Source of the DNA: an uncultured Flavobacteriales bacterium
GTDB taxonomy: Bacteria; Bacteroidota; Bacteroidia; Flavobacteriales_D; JABDKJ01
Reading direction: 5' to 3'
Length of the DNA: 64,000 nucleotides
NCBI GenBank assembly: GCA_964429805.1
Contig: CAYSDH010000001.1
Location: forward strand, 10,456-74,455
A program made the translations under genes and the position numbers. Below, one piece after another: positions 27,351 to 35,706 of the stretch. Numbering within the stretch: position 1 is the stretch's first letter; every line of letters starts with the position of its first letter. Under the pieces are notes generated by a model. That model searched no databases and was not told where the DNA came from. It worked only from the letters and a program-made list of their open reading frames with translations.

Positions 27351-28930
27351 GCTCACGACTCTCGATTATCGCTCTATTGATGCTGGTCCAACTCGGACTA
27401 GTGGCCCAAGCTTGGAACAACGTGTATGGAGAGATCAACTATTTAAATGAGAGCAATTGGTCTCCTCAAACGGGAAGGTATGTCACGTTCATTAATAGTG
27501 AGTTGGTTTTAATTTATTCACATCAGGACTCACTTTTTGCCCCAGGTCAATATGGATTCATGCGTGTGGACTTGGATGGCAGCGAAATAAGTCGTAGCAC
27601 ATACGGTGATGGCTCCGTTGAAACTTACGCCATTGGACTTGGTGAACATACTGCTATCACTACTGAAGGGACTATGATTCATTGTCGGGCCAGATCCAAT
27701 TTTGGTGAGTACTGGAGTTCCTACATAGTAGAATTCGACAATCAAGGTGATACGATATGGTCAAAGGCTTTGGACCTAGGGAAATTTTATGGCCCCCATT
27801 GCACAATTCAAGATTCCTATGGAGATATTTTGATCTCAGGGGAGACGGCTTGGAGTGAGTCGGACAATACTTCCCAAGCTTTTGTCATGAAGACGGACAC
27901 AAATGGTGATACCTTATGGTTAATGGACTACGGAGACGAAGGGGTTTTCGAGTTCGGTATGTCCATCATCGAAAATGAAGAGGGTGGCTATTTCGTTTCC
28001 GGGTCGAGGGTCGACACCATAGGGAACTTCAATGGCGATGCCTACTTGATGAAGATCGACCAGGATGGTGAGCTGCTGTGGGAAGAGCATTTTGGACACC
28101 CCACTTTAGATGAGACCATTCATTTTTTAGGAAATACGAGCGATGGCAATTATCTCTTGGCGGGATCTGAAGTTTTAGGTGGAGCCGAAGACCAAGAAGA
28201 AAGGACCCATAGGCTGCGCAAATTTGATATTGAGGGCAATGTGATTTGGGAAAAATTGGGAGGAACTGAGAGTTCGAGGCTTAATGCTTTCACACGTGTC
28301 AATGAAGATAGTAATGGTGATTACGTATGTGTCGGAATGACTTACGATGACCCATTTCCTAGTCAGAGAAGGGGCTGCCTTTCAAAATACGAGCCGATCA
28401 ATGGAGAGCAGCAGTGGTTTCACAAATACAGCTATGCGGAGGGCTGGGATCCCGCCAGCTATCATGAGATGTGGGACTTCACCATTTTGCCCGATGGAGG
28501 GTATGCCTTGGTGGGTTGGGTCTTTCAATCCCAGTTCCAAGATTTTCGCTCCCAAGACATCTGGCTCATGCGAGTCGACAGCGATGGCTGTTTGGAGCCA
28601 GGCTGCCTCACGGTGGGCATCAACGAGCAGGTGGCAGGGCTGCAAGAGGTGATGAGTGTCTATCCCAACCCCTTGCAGGCTGGCACAGCAGTGACCATTC
28701 GCTTTGAAGAAGTGATAGGCGCACAGATGCCTTATGCAGAGCAAGACACAGAGTTGGTGCTGATCGATGCGCTGGGCCGGGAGGTATTCAGAGAGGCACT
28801 TCCACAGCAAGGCAGCAATGCATCATTCTCGCATGCACTCACTCCACCTGCACTTCCCTCTGGACTGTATACAGTGCATTGGAAAAAAGAAAGCCGTTGG
28901 TTTGATAGCATACAACTTGTTATAGACTAG
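27347..28930 (+). CDS. Secreted repeat protein (beta-propeller-like) with T9SS type A C-terminal sorting domain
   Basis: The ATG overlaps the upstream stop (ATGA). Signal peptide MSSRLSIIALLMLVQLGLVAQA. Recurring G[DE]..W motifs (GDTIWSKA, GDTLWLMDYG, DGELLWEEHFG, EGNVIWEKLGG, NGEQQWFHKY). Sorting domain VYPNPLQAGTAVTIRF...GLYTVHW...IQLVID. Confidence 0.8.
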   Translation: MSSRLSIIALLMLVQLGLVAQAWNNVYGEINYLNESNWSPQTGRYVTFINSELVLIYSHQDSLFAPGQYGFMRVDLDGSEISRSTYGDGSVETYAIGLGEHTAITTEGTMIHCRARSNFGEYWSSYIVEFDNQGDTIWSKALDLGKFYGPHCTIQDSYGDILISGETAWSESDNTSQAFVMKTDTNGDTLWLMDYGDEGVFEFGMSIIENEEGGYFVSGSRVDTIGNFNGDAYLMKIDQDGELLWEEHFGHPTLDETIHFLGNTSDGNYLLAGSEVLGGAEDQEERTHRLRKFDIEGNVIWEKLGGTESSRLNAFTRVNEDSNGDYVCVGMTYDDPFPSQRRGCLSKYEPINGEQQWFHKYSYAEGWDPASYHEMWDFTILPDGGYALVGWVFQSQFQDFRSQDIWLMRVDSDGCLEPGCLTVGINEQVAGLQEVMSVYPNPLQAGTAVTIRFEEVIGAQMPYAEQDTELVLIDALGREVFREALPQQGSNASFSHALTPPALPSGLYTVHWKKESRWFDSIQLVID

Positions 28931-29077
28931 GCCTACATTGAGAACTTTACCTTGTTTGTCGATTTAATTATCCTCTTCAGCTAAAAGCTAAACTCAACGG
29001 CAACCAAGAGTCTGATTGCACGTTTACTATATAGAGGCACCGTTTATTTTATTCTAATTATTGGGTCTCTCGGCATC

Positions 29078-29320
29078 ATGGAGAATACATCAGAGATATC
29101 AATAGAAATGGGAAATGACAGTTTCCTCTTACGCTATGCTCCTAGAACAGAGCGCACCATCTACGACATTTGCGATTTAAATGGCCGTGTAATCAAGACT
29201 GGAGTTATCTCAGAAAGCGAGACCTGCATTGATGCGTCTGACCTTTTCCGTAAAAAATACATCGTGCTCATTGTAGATGGTGACCAGATGTTTTCAAAGC
29301 CACTTATCATAGCGGCTTGA
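29078..29320 (+). CDS. Small hypothetical protein resembling a stand-alone T9SS C-terminal-domain-like beta-sandwich
   Basis: 80 aa. The pattern TIYDICDLNGRVIKTG...IDASDLFRKKYIVLIVDGDQMFSKPLII resembles the tail of type A sorting domains (iyD..Gr.v....id.s.l..G.Yiv.i......kk.i). No signal peptide from the ATG. Confidence 0.4.
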   Translation: MENTSEISIEMGNDSFLLRYAPRTERTIYDICDLNGRVIKTGVISESETCIDASDLFRKKYIVLIVDGDQMFSKPLIIAA

Positions 29321-29448
29321 CTTTAGAATTCCTGCTTTTTATAAGCACCCATCCGCAAACTCGGAACTAAGATCACAAATTCACTCCCATCTCGGCTGTG
29401 GCTCGATGTCCGTTTTAAAACCAGGGCATTGGACCTAAAGACCTACAC

Positions 29449-30741
29449 CTAAGAATTCATCAATTCCTCAACTGCTTCTGCTTCAATAGCAATATCGCCC
29501 ATAAGGTTTAAGGGTGAGCCGTTTTCTTGAACCACCACATCATCTTCTAGTCTGATGCCTAGGTTTTCTTCTGGAATGTAGATGCCTGGCTCTACCGTAA
29601 AGACCATGTTTGCCTTTATAGGCTTGGTCCATGAACCCACGTCATGCGTATCAAGACCTATGTAATGTGACGTACCGTGCATGAAGTACTTTTTATAAGC
29701 TGGCCAAGATGGGTCCTGTTTATCTATGTCATGCTGGTCTATCAACTTTAAACCCAACAGCTCTTTCTCCATCATCTTACCCACTTCCTTGTGATACTCA
29801 TCTAGACTCGTGCCTGGCACGAGTAGCTCAGTAGCTCCATTTTTGACTCTATTTACTGCGTCATAGACTGCTCGCTGTCGCTCAGAAAAACGTCCGCTGA
29901 CCGGCACACATCGCGTCATATCAGAAGCGTAATTAGCATACTCTGCGCCAAAATCCATCAATATAACGTCTCCGTCCTTACACTCTTGATTATTTTCTAT
30001 GTAGTGCAACACGCAGGCATTGTGCCCACTTCCAATGATGGGTGTGTAAGCAAAACCTTGCGAGCGGTTATTTAGAAATTCATGCATCAATTCTGCTTCG
30101 ATGTTATACTCCATCACACCAGGCTTGATGAATTTGCAGATGCGATCAAATCCTTTTTTTGTGATCCCGCATGCATGACGCATTAAGTCTATTTCTATTT
30201 GATGCTTAACGCTTCTAATATCATGCATAATAGGCGCACTGCGCTCATACTCATGTATAGGGAAGTCGGCCTTACACTTGGCTATAAATCGGTCTTCTCT
30301 GGTCTGCGTCTCGGTGTTCGCTCGCAAGTGCTCATTTGTGTTGAGATACACGCACTCTGCCTCACTCATCATTTTCAAAAAGACGGTCTCAAACTGGTTG
30401 AGCCAAAACACGGTTTTGATTCCTGAAGTCTGATAAGCCGCTTCTTTCGTGTACTTCTCTCCTTCCCAAATGGCAATCAGGTCGCTCGTCTCTTTGAGAA
30501 AGAGTACTTCTCTCAAATTTTGGTTTGGACAGTCAGGAAAAAGAACCAAAATGCTCTCTTCTTGATCGATGCCAGATAGATGAAAGATATCTCTATGCTG
30601 CTTAAAAGGCATCGTGCTATCTGCACTAGAAGTGATGATATCATTGGAGTTAAACACCGCTAACGAATTGGGCTTGAGCTGCTTCACAAACTTCTCTCTA
30701 TTGTGAATGAAGAGTGACTTATCTATTTTCTCGTACTTCAT
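29449..30741 (-). CDS. Xaa-Pro aminopeptidase (M24B family)
   Basis: M24 metal-ligand motifs (DFGAEYANYASDMTR, HGTSHYIGLDTHD, VEPGIY, RLEDDVVV). ATG at 30741 (MKYEKIDK) preferred over the upstream ORF-track start. Confidence 0.9.
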   Translation of the reverse strand: MKYEKIDKSLFIHNREKFVKQLKPNSLAVFNSNDIITSSADSTMPFKQHRDIFHLSGIDQEESILVLFPDCPNQNLREVLFLKETSDLIAIWEGEKYTKEAAYQTSGIKTVFWLNQFETVFLKMMSEAECVYLNTNEHLRANTETQTREDRFIAKCKADFPIHEYERSAPIMHDIRSVKHQIEIDLMRHACGITKKGFDRICKFIKPGVMEYNIEAELMHEFLNNRSQGFAYTPIIGSGHNACVLHYIENNQECKDGDVILMDFGAEYANYASDMTRCVPVSGRFSERQRAVYDAVNRVKNGATELLVPGTSLDEYHKEVGKMMEKELLGLKLIDQHDIDKQDPSWPAYKKYFMHGTSHYIGLDTHDVGSWTKPIKANMVFTVEPGIYIPEENLGIRLEDDVVVQENGSPLNLMGDIAIEAEAVEELMNS

Positions 30742-30898
30742 GACCTGTCTTTTATGGGCCCCTAAAATAGCCAAAAAGGTATGTCGGCCTGCGCCATTAG
30801 GTTTTGCACAGCGAAGCATCGGAAGTGCTATTGAATCTGTCTTGGTATTGTATGACTACTCGGTTACATTTGTCCTTGTCGATTAGAAAATCTACTAT

Positions 30899-31549
30899 AT
30901 GAACACATCCATCGGACGGAAAGTGGCCATGGCCTTGTCCGCCCTCTTCTTGATTGTATTTTTGCTTCAGCACCTGACCATTAATATGATGTCAGTTTTT
31001 AGTGCGGATCTCTTTAACGAAGTATCCCATTTCATGGGCCATAACCCCATCGTTCAGTTTGCTTTGCAGCCAATTCTAATTTTTGGGGTCATCTTCCACT
31101 TCATCATGGGATTCATCCTTGAACTTCAAAACAAGAAAGGTCGTGATACCAAGTATGAAGTCTACAAGGGCGGAGAAAGCTCTACGTGGATGTCACGAAA
31201 CATGATTTGGTCTGGACTGGCCATTCTGGGCTTTATCTTCCTTCACTTTTATGACTTTTGGGTGCATGAGATTAATGTGAAGTATATCAATGTAGAACCC
31301 GAGAATCCGACACGATATTTTGGAGAGTTAAAGGCCAAATTTGTTGACATCTGGAGAGTGCTGATTTATGTGGTTTCTTTTGTTTTTCTGGGTCTGCACC
31401 TCAATCATGGCTTTCAGTCAGCATTTCAGTCTGTCGGAGCGCGAGGGCATTATTCTCCAACATTAAAGAAAATCGGAACCTTGTACGCTATACTCGTGCC
31501 ATTCGGATTCGTTTTCATCGCATTATTCCATCACTTCACTCAGTCTTAA
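30899..31549 (+). CDS. sdhC: Succinate dehydrogenase/fumarate reductase cytochrome b subunit (Bacteroidota b558 type)
   Basis: 216 aa with five hydrophobic helices and conserved His residues. Immediately upstream of the flavoprotein subunit. Confidence 0.8.
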   Translation: MNTSIGRKVAMALSALFLIVFLLQHLTINMMSVFSADLFNEVSHFMGHNPIVQFALQPILIFGVIFHFIMGFILELQNKKGRDTKYEVYKGGESSTWMSRNMIWSGLAILGFIFLHFYDFWVHEINVKYINVEPENPTRYFGELKAKFVDIWRVLIYVVSFVFLGLHLNHGFQSAFQSVGARGHYSPTLKKIGTLYAILVPFGFVFIALFHHFTQS

Positions 31550-31559
31550 AACAGAGCAC

Positions 31560-33572
31560 ATGGCATTGGATTCAAAAACTCCAGATGGTCCATTGGACCA
31601 AAAGTGGACAAAGTATAAGAATGACATCAACCTAGTCAATCCGGCAAATAAGCGTCTGATTGACGTCATTGTAGTCGGAACAGGACTGGCAGGAGCTTCT
31701 GCCGCTGCGTCACTGGCTGAAATGGGCTACAACGTGAGCGCATTTTGCTACCAAGACTCACCCAGAAGGGCACACTCCATTGCTGCCCAGGGAGGAATCA
31801 ACGCAGCAAAGAATTACCAAAATGACGGTGACTCTGTTTACCGACTGTTTTACGATACAGTAAAAGGTGGTGACTACAGGAGTAGAGAGTCAAATGTGCA
31901 TAGACTTGCAGAAGTCTCGGTCAATATCATTGATCAATGTGTGGCTCAAGGAGTGCCATTTGCCCGTGACTATGGTGGCTTGTTAGCCAACAGGTCGTTT
32001 GGAGGAGTGCTCGTCTCACGAACCTTCTATGCGAAAGGACAAACTGGTCAGCAGCTCCTTCTCGGTGCCTACTCGGCCATGAGTCGTCAGATTGGTAAGG
32101 GGAAAATCAAGATGTACAACCGTCATGAGATGCTTGATCTTGTGACAGTGGATGGGAAAGCCCGCGGTATCATTGCTCGAAACTTGATTACTGGAGAGAT
32201 TAGCCGTCACAGTGCACACGCTGTAGTCTTGGCCTCTGGAGGATATGGAAACGTATTTTTCTTGTCTACCAATGCCATGGGGTCAAACGTCACAGCGGCA
32301 TGGAAAGCCCACAAAAAGGGAGCGTACATGGCTAACCCATGCTTCACTCAAATACACCCTACATGCATTCCACGCTCAGGTGACCATCAGTCTAAACTGA
32401 CTTTGATGTCAGAGTCGTTGAGAAATGACGGACGTATCTGGGTACCAAAAGAAATGTCTGATGTAGAGGCGATACGAAACGGGACTAAAAAACCGGTTGA
32501 CCTCAGTGAAGACCAACGAGATTACTACTTGGAGCGCAGATATCCAGCCTTCGGTAACTTGGTACCACGTGATGTCGCCTCAAGAGCAGCCAAAGAGCGT
32601 TGCGATGCTGGTTACGGAGTGAATAAAACTGGAGAAGCTGTCTTCTTAGATTTCGCATCGGCCATTATGAGGTATGGAAAAGAGAAAGCCATCGTGTTGG
32701 GTGAGCACAACGCGAGCCAAGACAGAATCAAGGCTCTTGGAGAGAAAGTGGTTGAAGACAAGTATGGAAACCTCTTTCAGATGTATGAGAAAATCACTGA
32801 TGAAAATCCATACAAGACACCAATGATGATTTATCCTGCGGTGCACTACACCATGGGTGGTATATGGGTTGATTATAATTTGATGACAAGCATTCCTGGG
32901 TGTTATGCCGCAGGAGAAGCAAACTTCTCTGACCACGGTGCCAACAGACTTGGTGCCTCTGCATTGATGCAAGGACTGGCAGACGGTTATTTCGTTTTAC
33001 CATACACCATAGGTGATTATTTGTCAAAAGAAATTAGAACTGGAGCAATCGCGAATGACAGTCCTGAGTTTATGAAAGCGGAAGCTGAAGTACAGGACCG
33101 ATTGGCCAAACTACTTGGTATCAACGGTTCCAAATCTGTAGACCACTTCCACAAAAGACTTGGTCTTATTATGTGGAATGAAGTTGGTATGTCGAGAAAC
33201 GGTGAAGGCCTCAAGAAAGCGATGGAAGACATGCATCAACTCAAAGAAGATTTCTGGAGTGATGTTAAAGTGCCTGGCACGCACGATTCATTTAACCAAG
33301 AATTAGAAAAGGCTGGGCGAGTCGCAGACCTCATCGAACTTGGGATATTGATGGCAAAAGATGCACTAGAACGCAGCGAGTCTTGCGGAGGTCACTTCCG
33401 AGAAGAATCAGTGGAGACAGATGGCGAGCAGAAAGGAGAGGCCAAGCGAGATGATGAGAACTTCAAATTTGTTTCTGCCTGGGAATGGACTGGAGACTCA
33501 AGAGAAGCAAATCTGCACAAAGAAGAACTTGAGTTCAATAATATTGAATTGAAACAACGGTCTTATAAGTGA
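31560..33572 (+). CDS. sdhA: Succinate dehydrogenase/fumarate reductase flavoprotein subunit
   Basis: FAD-binding [15 protein letters not shown], covalent-FAD His region [14 protein letters not shown], 670 aa. Confidence 0.95.
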   Translation: MALDSKTPDGPLDQKWTKYKNDINLVNPANKRLIDVIVVGTGLAGASAAASLAEMGYNVSAFCYQDSPRRAHSIAAQGGINAAKNYQNDGDSVYRLFYDTVKGGDYRSRESNVHRLAEVSVNIIDQCVAQGVPFARDYGGLLANRSFGGVLVSRTFYAKGQTGQQLLLGAYSAMSRQIGKGKIKMYNRHEMLDLVTVDGKARGIIARNLITGEISRHSAHAVVLASGGYGNVFFLSTNAMGSNVTAAWKAHKKGAYMANPCFTQIHPTCIPRSGDHQSKLTLMSESLRNDGRIWVPKEMSDVEAIRNGTKKPVDLSEDQRDYYLERRYPAFGNLVPRDVASRAAKERCDAGYGVNKTGEAVFLDFASAIMRYGKEKAIVLGEHNASQDRIKALGEKVVEDKYGNLFQMYEKITDENPYKTPMMIYPAVHYTMGGIWVDYNLMTSIPGCYAAGEANFSDHGANRLGASALMQGLADGYFVLPYTIGDYLSKEIRTGAIANDSPEFMKAEAEVQDRLAKLLGINGSKSVDHFHKRLGLIMWNEVGMSRNGEGLKKAMEDMHQLKEDFWSDVKVPGTHDSFNQELEKAGRVADLIELGILMAKDALERSESCGGHFREESVETDGEQKGEAKRDDENFKFVSAWEWTGDSREANLHKEELEFNNIELKQRSYK

Positions 33573-33633
33573 TAAGTGAATAGTCAAGTGTCAATAGAGA
33601 GAATTGTATGTTGCCTGAAATTAAACTGGATTG

Positions 33634-34017
33634 ATGAGTGATATCCAGTCATACAAAGATTTAAAAGTTTGGAAAAAGGGGATTACCCTCGTAAAAGAGG
33701 TGTATAACGCAGCCAAACAAATGCCTGTTGGCGAGCAATTTGGCTTGCAGAGTCAAATGAAGCGAAGTGCAGTTTCAATACCGAGCAACATCGCTGAAGG
33801 ATATGGTCGAAACTCTTCAAAAAGCTTTTCACAATTTTTGAAGATAGCTAGAGGCTCTTTGCTTGAATTAGAGACCCAAGTGATTATTGCAACTGATTTA
33901 CGTATGCTTGAGAGCAATGACTCTGCTCACATATTACAAATGATTTTAGAAGAAAATAAAATGTTGAATTCGTTAATTAAGTCGATTGAGAAAACTCAAG
34001 TGGCTGTTGACCGATAA
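33634..34017 (+). CDS. Four-helix-bundle protein of the '23S rRNA intervening-sequence protein' / Avd-like family
   Basis: Hallmark motifs SYKDLKVWKK, SAVSIPSNIAEGYGR, FLKIARGSLLELETQ. About 127 aa. Sits between sdhA and sdhB. Confidence 0.85.
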   Translation: MSDIQSYKDLKVWKKGITLVKEVYNAAKQMPVGEQFGLQSQMKRSAVSIPSNIAEGYGRNSSKSFSQFLKIARGSLLELETQVIIATDLRMLESNDSAHILQMILEENKMLNSLIKSIEKTQVAVDR

Positions 34018-34032
34018 CTATTGACTGAAGAA

Positions 34033-34791
34033 ATGGCAAACATGAATCTTACTATCAGAGTGTGGCGTCAGAAGAATGCCAAGGCACAAGGGAGAATGGA
34101 GAACTATCAAATTGCTGACATTTCTCCTGACTCATCCTTTTTGGAAATGATGGATGTGCTCAATAATCAATTGATTGAAAAAGGGGAAGACCCTATTGCA
34201 TTTGATCATGATTGTAGAGAAGGAATCTGTGGTTCTTGCTCAATGCACATCAATGGAGAGGCTCATGGGCCTGACAGAGGCGTGACCACATGTCAGTTGC
34301 ACATGAGAAAGTTTAGTGATGGAGAGACGATCACGATTGAACCATGGAGAGCAAAGGCATTTCCGGTGATTAAGGATTTGGTCGTTGACCGCACTTCATT
34401 TGACCGTGTCATTCAAGCAGGTGGATTTATATCTGTCAATACCTCTGGAAACACAATTGATGCCAATGCGATTCCAATTGAAAAAGAAGATGCTGATAAC
34501 GCTTTTGATGCTGCTACGTGCATCGGTTGTGGTGCATGTGTTGCCACGTGTAAGAATGCTTCAGCCATGCTGTTTGTATCAGCCAAAGTCTCGCAGCTCT
34601 CTCTTCTGCCTCAAGGACAAGTAGAAGCAAGTGACCGTGTCATCAATATGATTGACCAAATGGATGCCGAAGGATTTGGAAACTGCTCTAATACAGGAGC
34701 TTGTGAAATCCAATGCCCTAAGGGAATATCGCTCGAAAACATCGCGCGAACAAACCGTGAATACTTAGCTGCTAAAGCCGCAAAAGGCTGA
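34033..34791 (+). CDS. sdhB: Succinate dehydrogenase/fumarate reductase iron-sulfur subunit
   Basis: 2Fe-2[10 protein letters not shown], 4Fe-4[12 protein letters not shown], 3Fe-4[13 protein letters not shown]. The ORF-track start at 34021 is TTG; ATG 34033 or 34042 is more likely. Confidence 0.93.
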   Translation: MANMNLTIRVWRQKNAKAQGRMENYQIADISPDSSFLEMMDVLNNQLIEKGEDPIAFDHDCREGICGSCSMHINGEAHGPDRGVTTCQLHMRKFSDGETITIEPWRAKAFPVIKDLVVDRTSFDRVIQAGGFISVNTSGNTIDANAIPIEKEDADNAFDAATCIGCGACVATCKNASAMLFVSAKVSQLSLLPQGQVEASDRVINMIDQMDAEGFGNCSNTGACEIQCPKGISLENIARTNREYLAAKAAKG

Positions 34792-34852
34792 TTATCAGAA
34801 GTTAGGTTAACAAGTCGAAAACATTTTTTAGTCAACTACGTTCAGCTAGGCA

Positions 34853-35284
34853 TTGGAATATGTCTTAAATTTGTTGAAGGTGAGAAGATTAGGTGTCATA
34901 GTGTTAAGTGTCTTGTACCTCGTGTTGAGCGTAGGCATACATGTGCACATTGATACATGTTGTGACACCATTCAAAGCATGTTGCTTATTTCAAGTGCTG
35001 ACGGATGCTGCTCAGCACCGGTCGCAGAGAGCAACTGTGAGTCTGATGGTTGTGGTGACCATCAAGGCTGCGCTAAAGATGAACTCCTGATTCAATTCAT
35101 TGAAGACTTTGTACCGGCAGAGCGCTCACAGGTAGATGTTCCTTTATACAGCCTTTCCGTGTGCACAGTATCTGTTGACTTGGATACGGAAATCGCCTTT
35201 ACCCTGCCTCAAGAGAATGTCTCCACGCCTATAGACAAAGGGAAAATATACTTGACACATTCTTGTCTCGTGCTGTATGGCTAG
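34853..35284 (+). CDS. Cys/His-rich single-pass membrane protein (possibly HYC_CC_PP-like)
   Basis: N-terminal TM (LGVIVLSVLYLVLSVGI) followed by HVHIDTCCD, DGCCSAP and NCESDGCGDHQGC clusters. Start codon uncertain (TTG 34853/34871/34874 or GTG 34880). The family name is from memory only. Confidence 0.5.
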   Translation: MEYVLNLLKVRRLGVIVLSVLYLVLSVGIHVHIDTCCDTIQSMLLISSADGCCSAPVAESNCESDGCGDHQGCAKDELLIQFIEDFVPAERSQVDVPLYSLSVCTVSVDLDTEIAFTLPQENVSTPIDKGKIYLTHSCLVLYG

Positions 35285-35352
35285 TCTGCCTGATGTTTTG
35301 TGATGCGCAGAGCGCATCTATCACTATACATTCATCATTTTAATTTACGATT

Positions 35353-35706
35353 ATGACTAAGAACATACTGCTTACAGTAGGCATGATTTTTATCTGCGTG
35401 CTTACTCAGGCTCAGGTCAAGAAACAGACTGTCATTACGACCTCTTTTGAAGTGTCTGGGATCTGTCAAATGTGCAAAGACCGTATCGAAAAAGCCGTGG
35501 ACGTCAAGGGTGTAAAGACAGCAGAATATGATCTGCACACCCACACCTTAACGCTCACCTACTCCACCAAGCACATCAGCGAAGAGGACATACACTCCCT
35601 GCTCAATGCCGTGGGGCATGACACTGAAAAATCAATGGCCAGTGACGAAGAATATAAAACCGTGCATCACTGCTGTAAATACCGAGAAGATGAGCACAAT
35701 CATTAA
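35353..35706 (+). CDS. Periplasmic heavy-metal-associated (HMA) domain protein with Cys/His-rich tail
   Basis: Signal peptide MTKNILLTVGMIFICVLTQAQ, HMA-type CxxC in FEVSGICQMCKDRIEKAV, C-terminal HHCCKYREDEHNH. Confidence 0.8.
   Translation: MTKNILLTVGMIFICVLTQAQVKKQTVITTSFEVSGICQMCKDRIEKAVDVKGVKTAEYDLHTHTLTLTYSTKHISEEDIHSLLNAVGHDTEKSMASDEEYKTVHHCCKYREDEHNH

Noticed and set aside
28347-28810. Cluster of overlapping 78-142-aa ORFs in several frames
   Set aside because: They coincide with the GC-rich 3' patch of the 27347-28930 gene, where stop codons are rare in all frames. The sense frame carries the T9SS sorting domain.
29012-29077. Hydrophobic in-frame extension (VYFILIIGSLGI) upstream of the 80-aa ORF, again without a canonical start
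   Set aside because: The stretch is very T-rich (gtttattttattctaattatt) and short. It is more likely promoter-like AT-rich DNA that happens to translate as hydrophobic residues. In the protease gene, by contrast, 69 codons and a full signal peptide are preserved.
33590-34026. 8-bp inverted repeat GTCAATAG / CTATTGAC flanking the four-helix-bundle gene. It could be an RNase III-type bracketing stem like those of rRNA intervening sequences.
   Set aside because: The complementarity does not extend beyond 8 bp. My rough estimate is that such a match in two flanks of about 60 nt has about a 5% chance of arising at random. That is too weak to claim.
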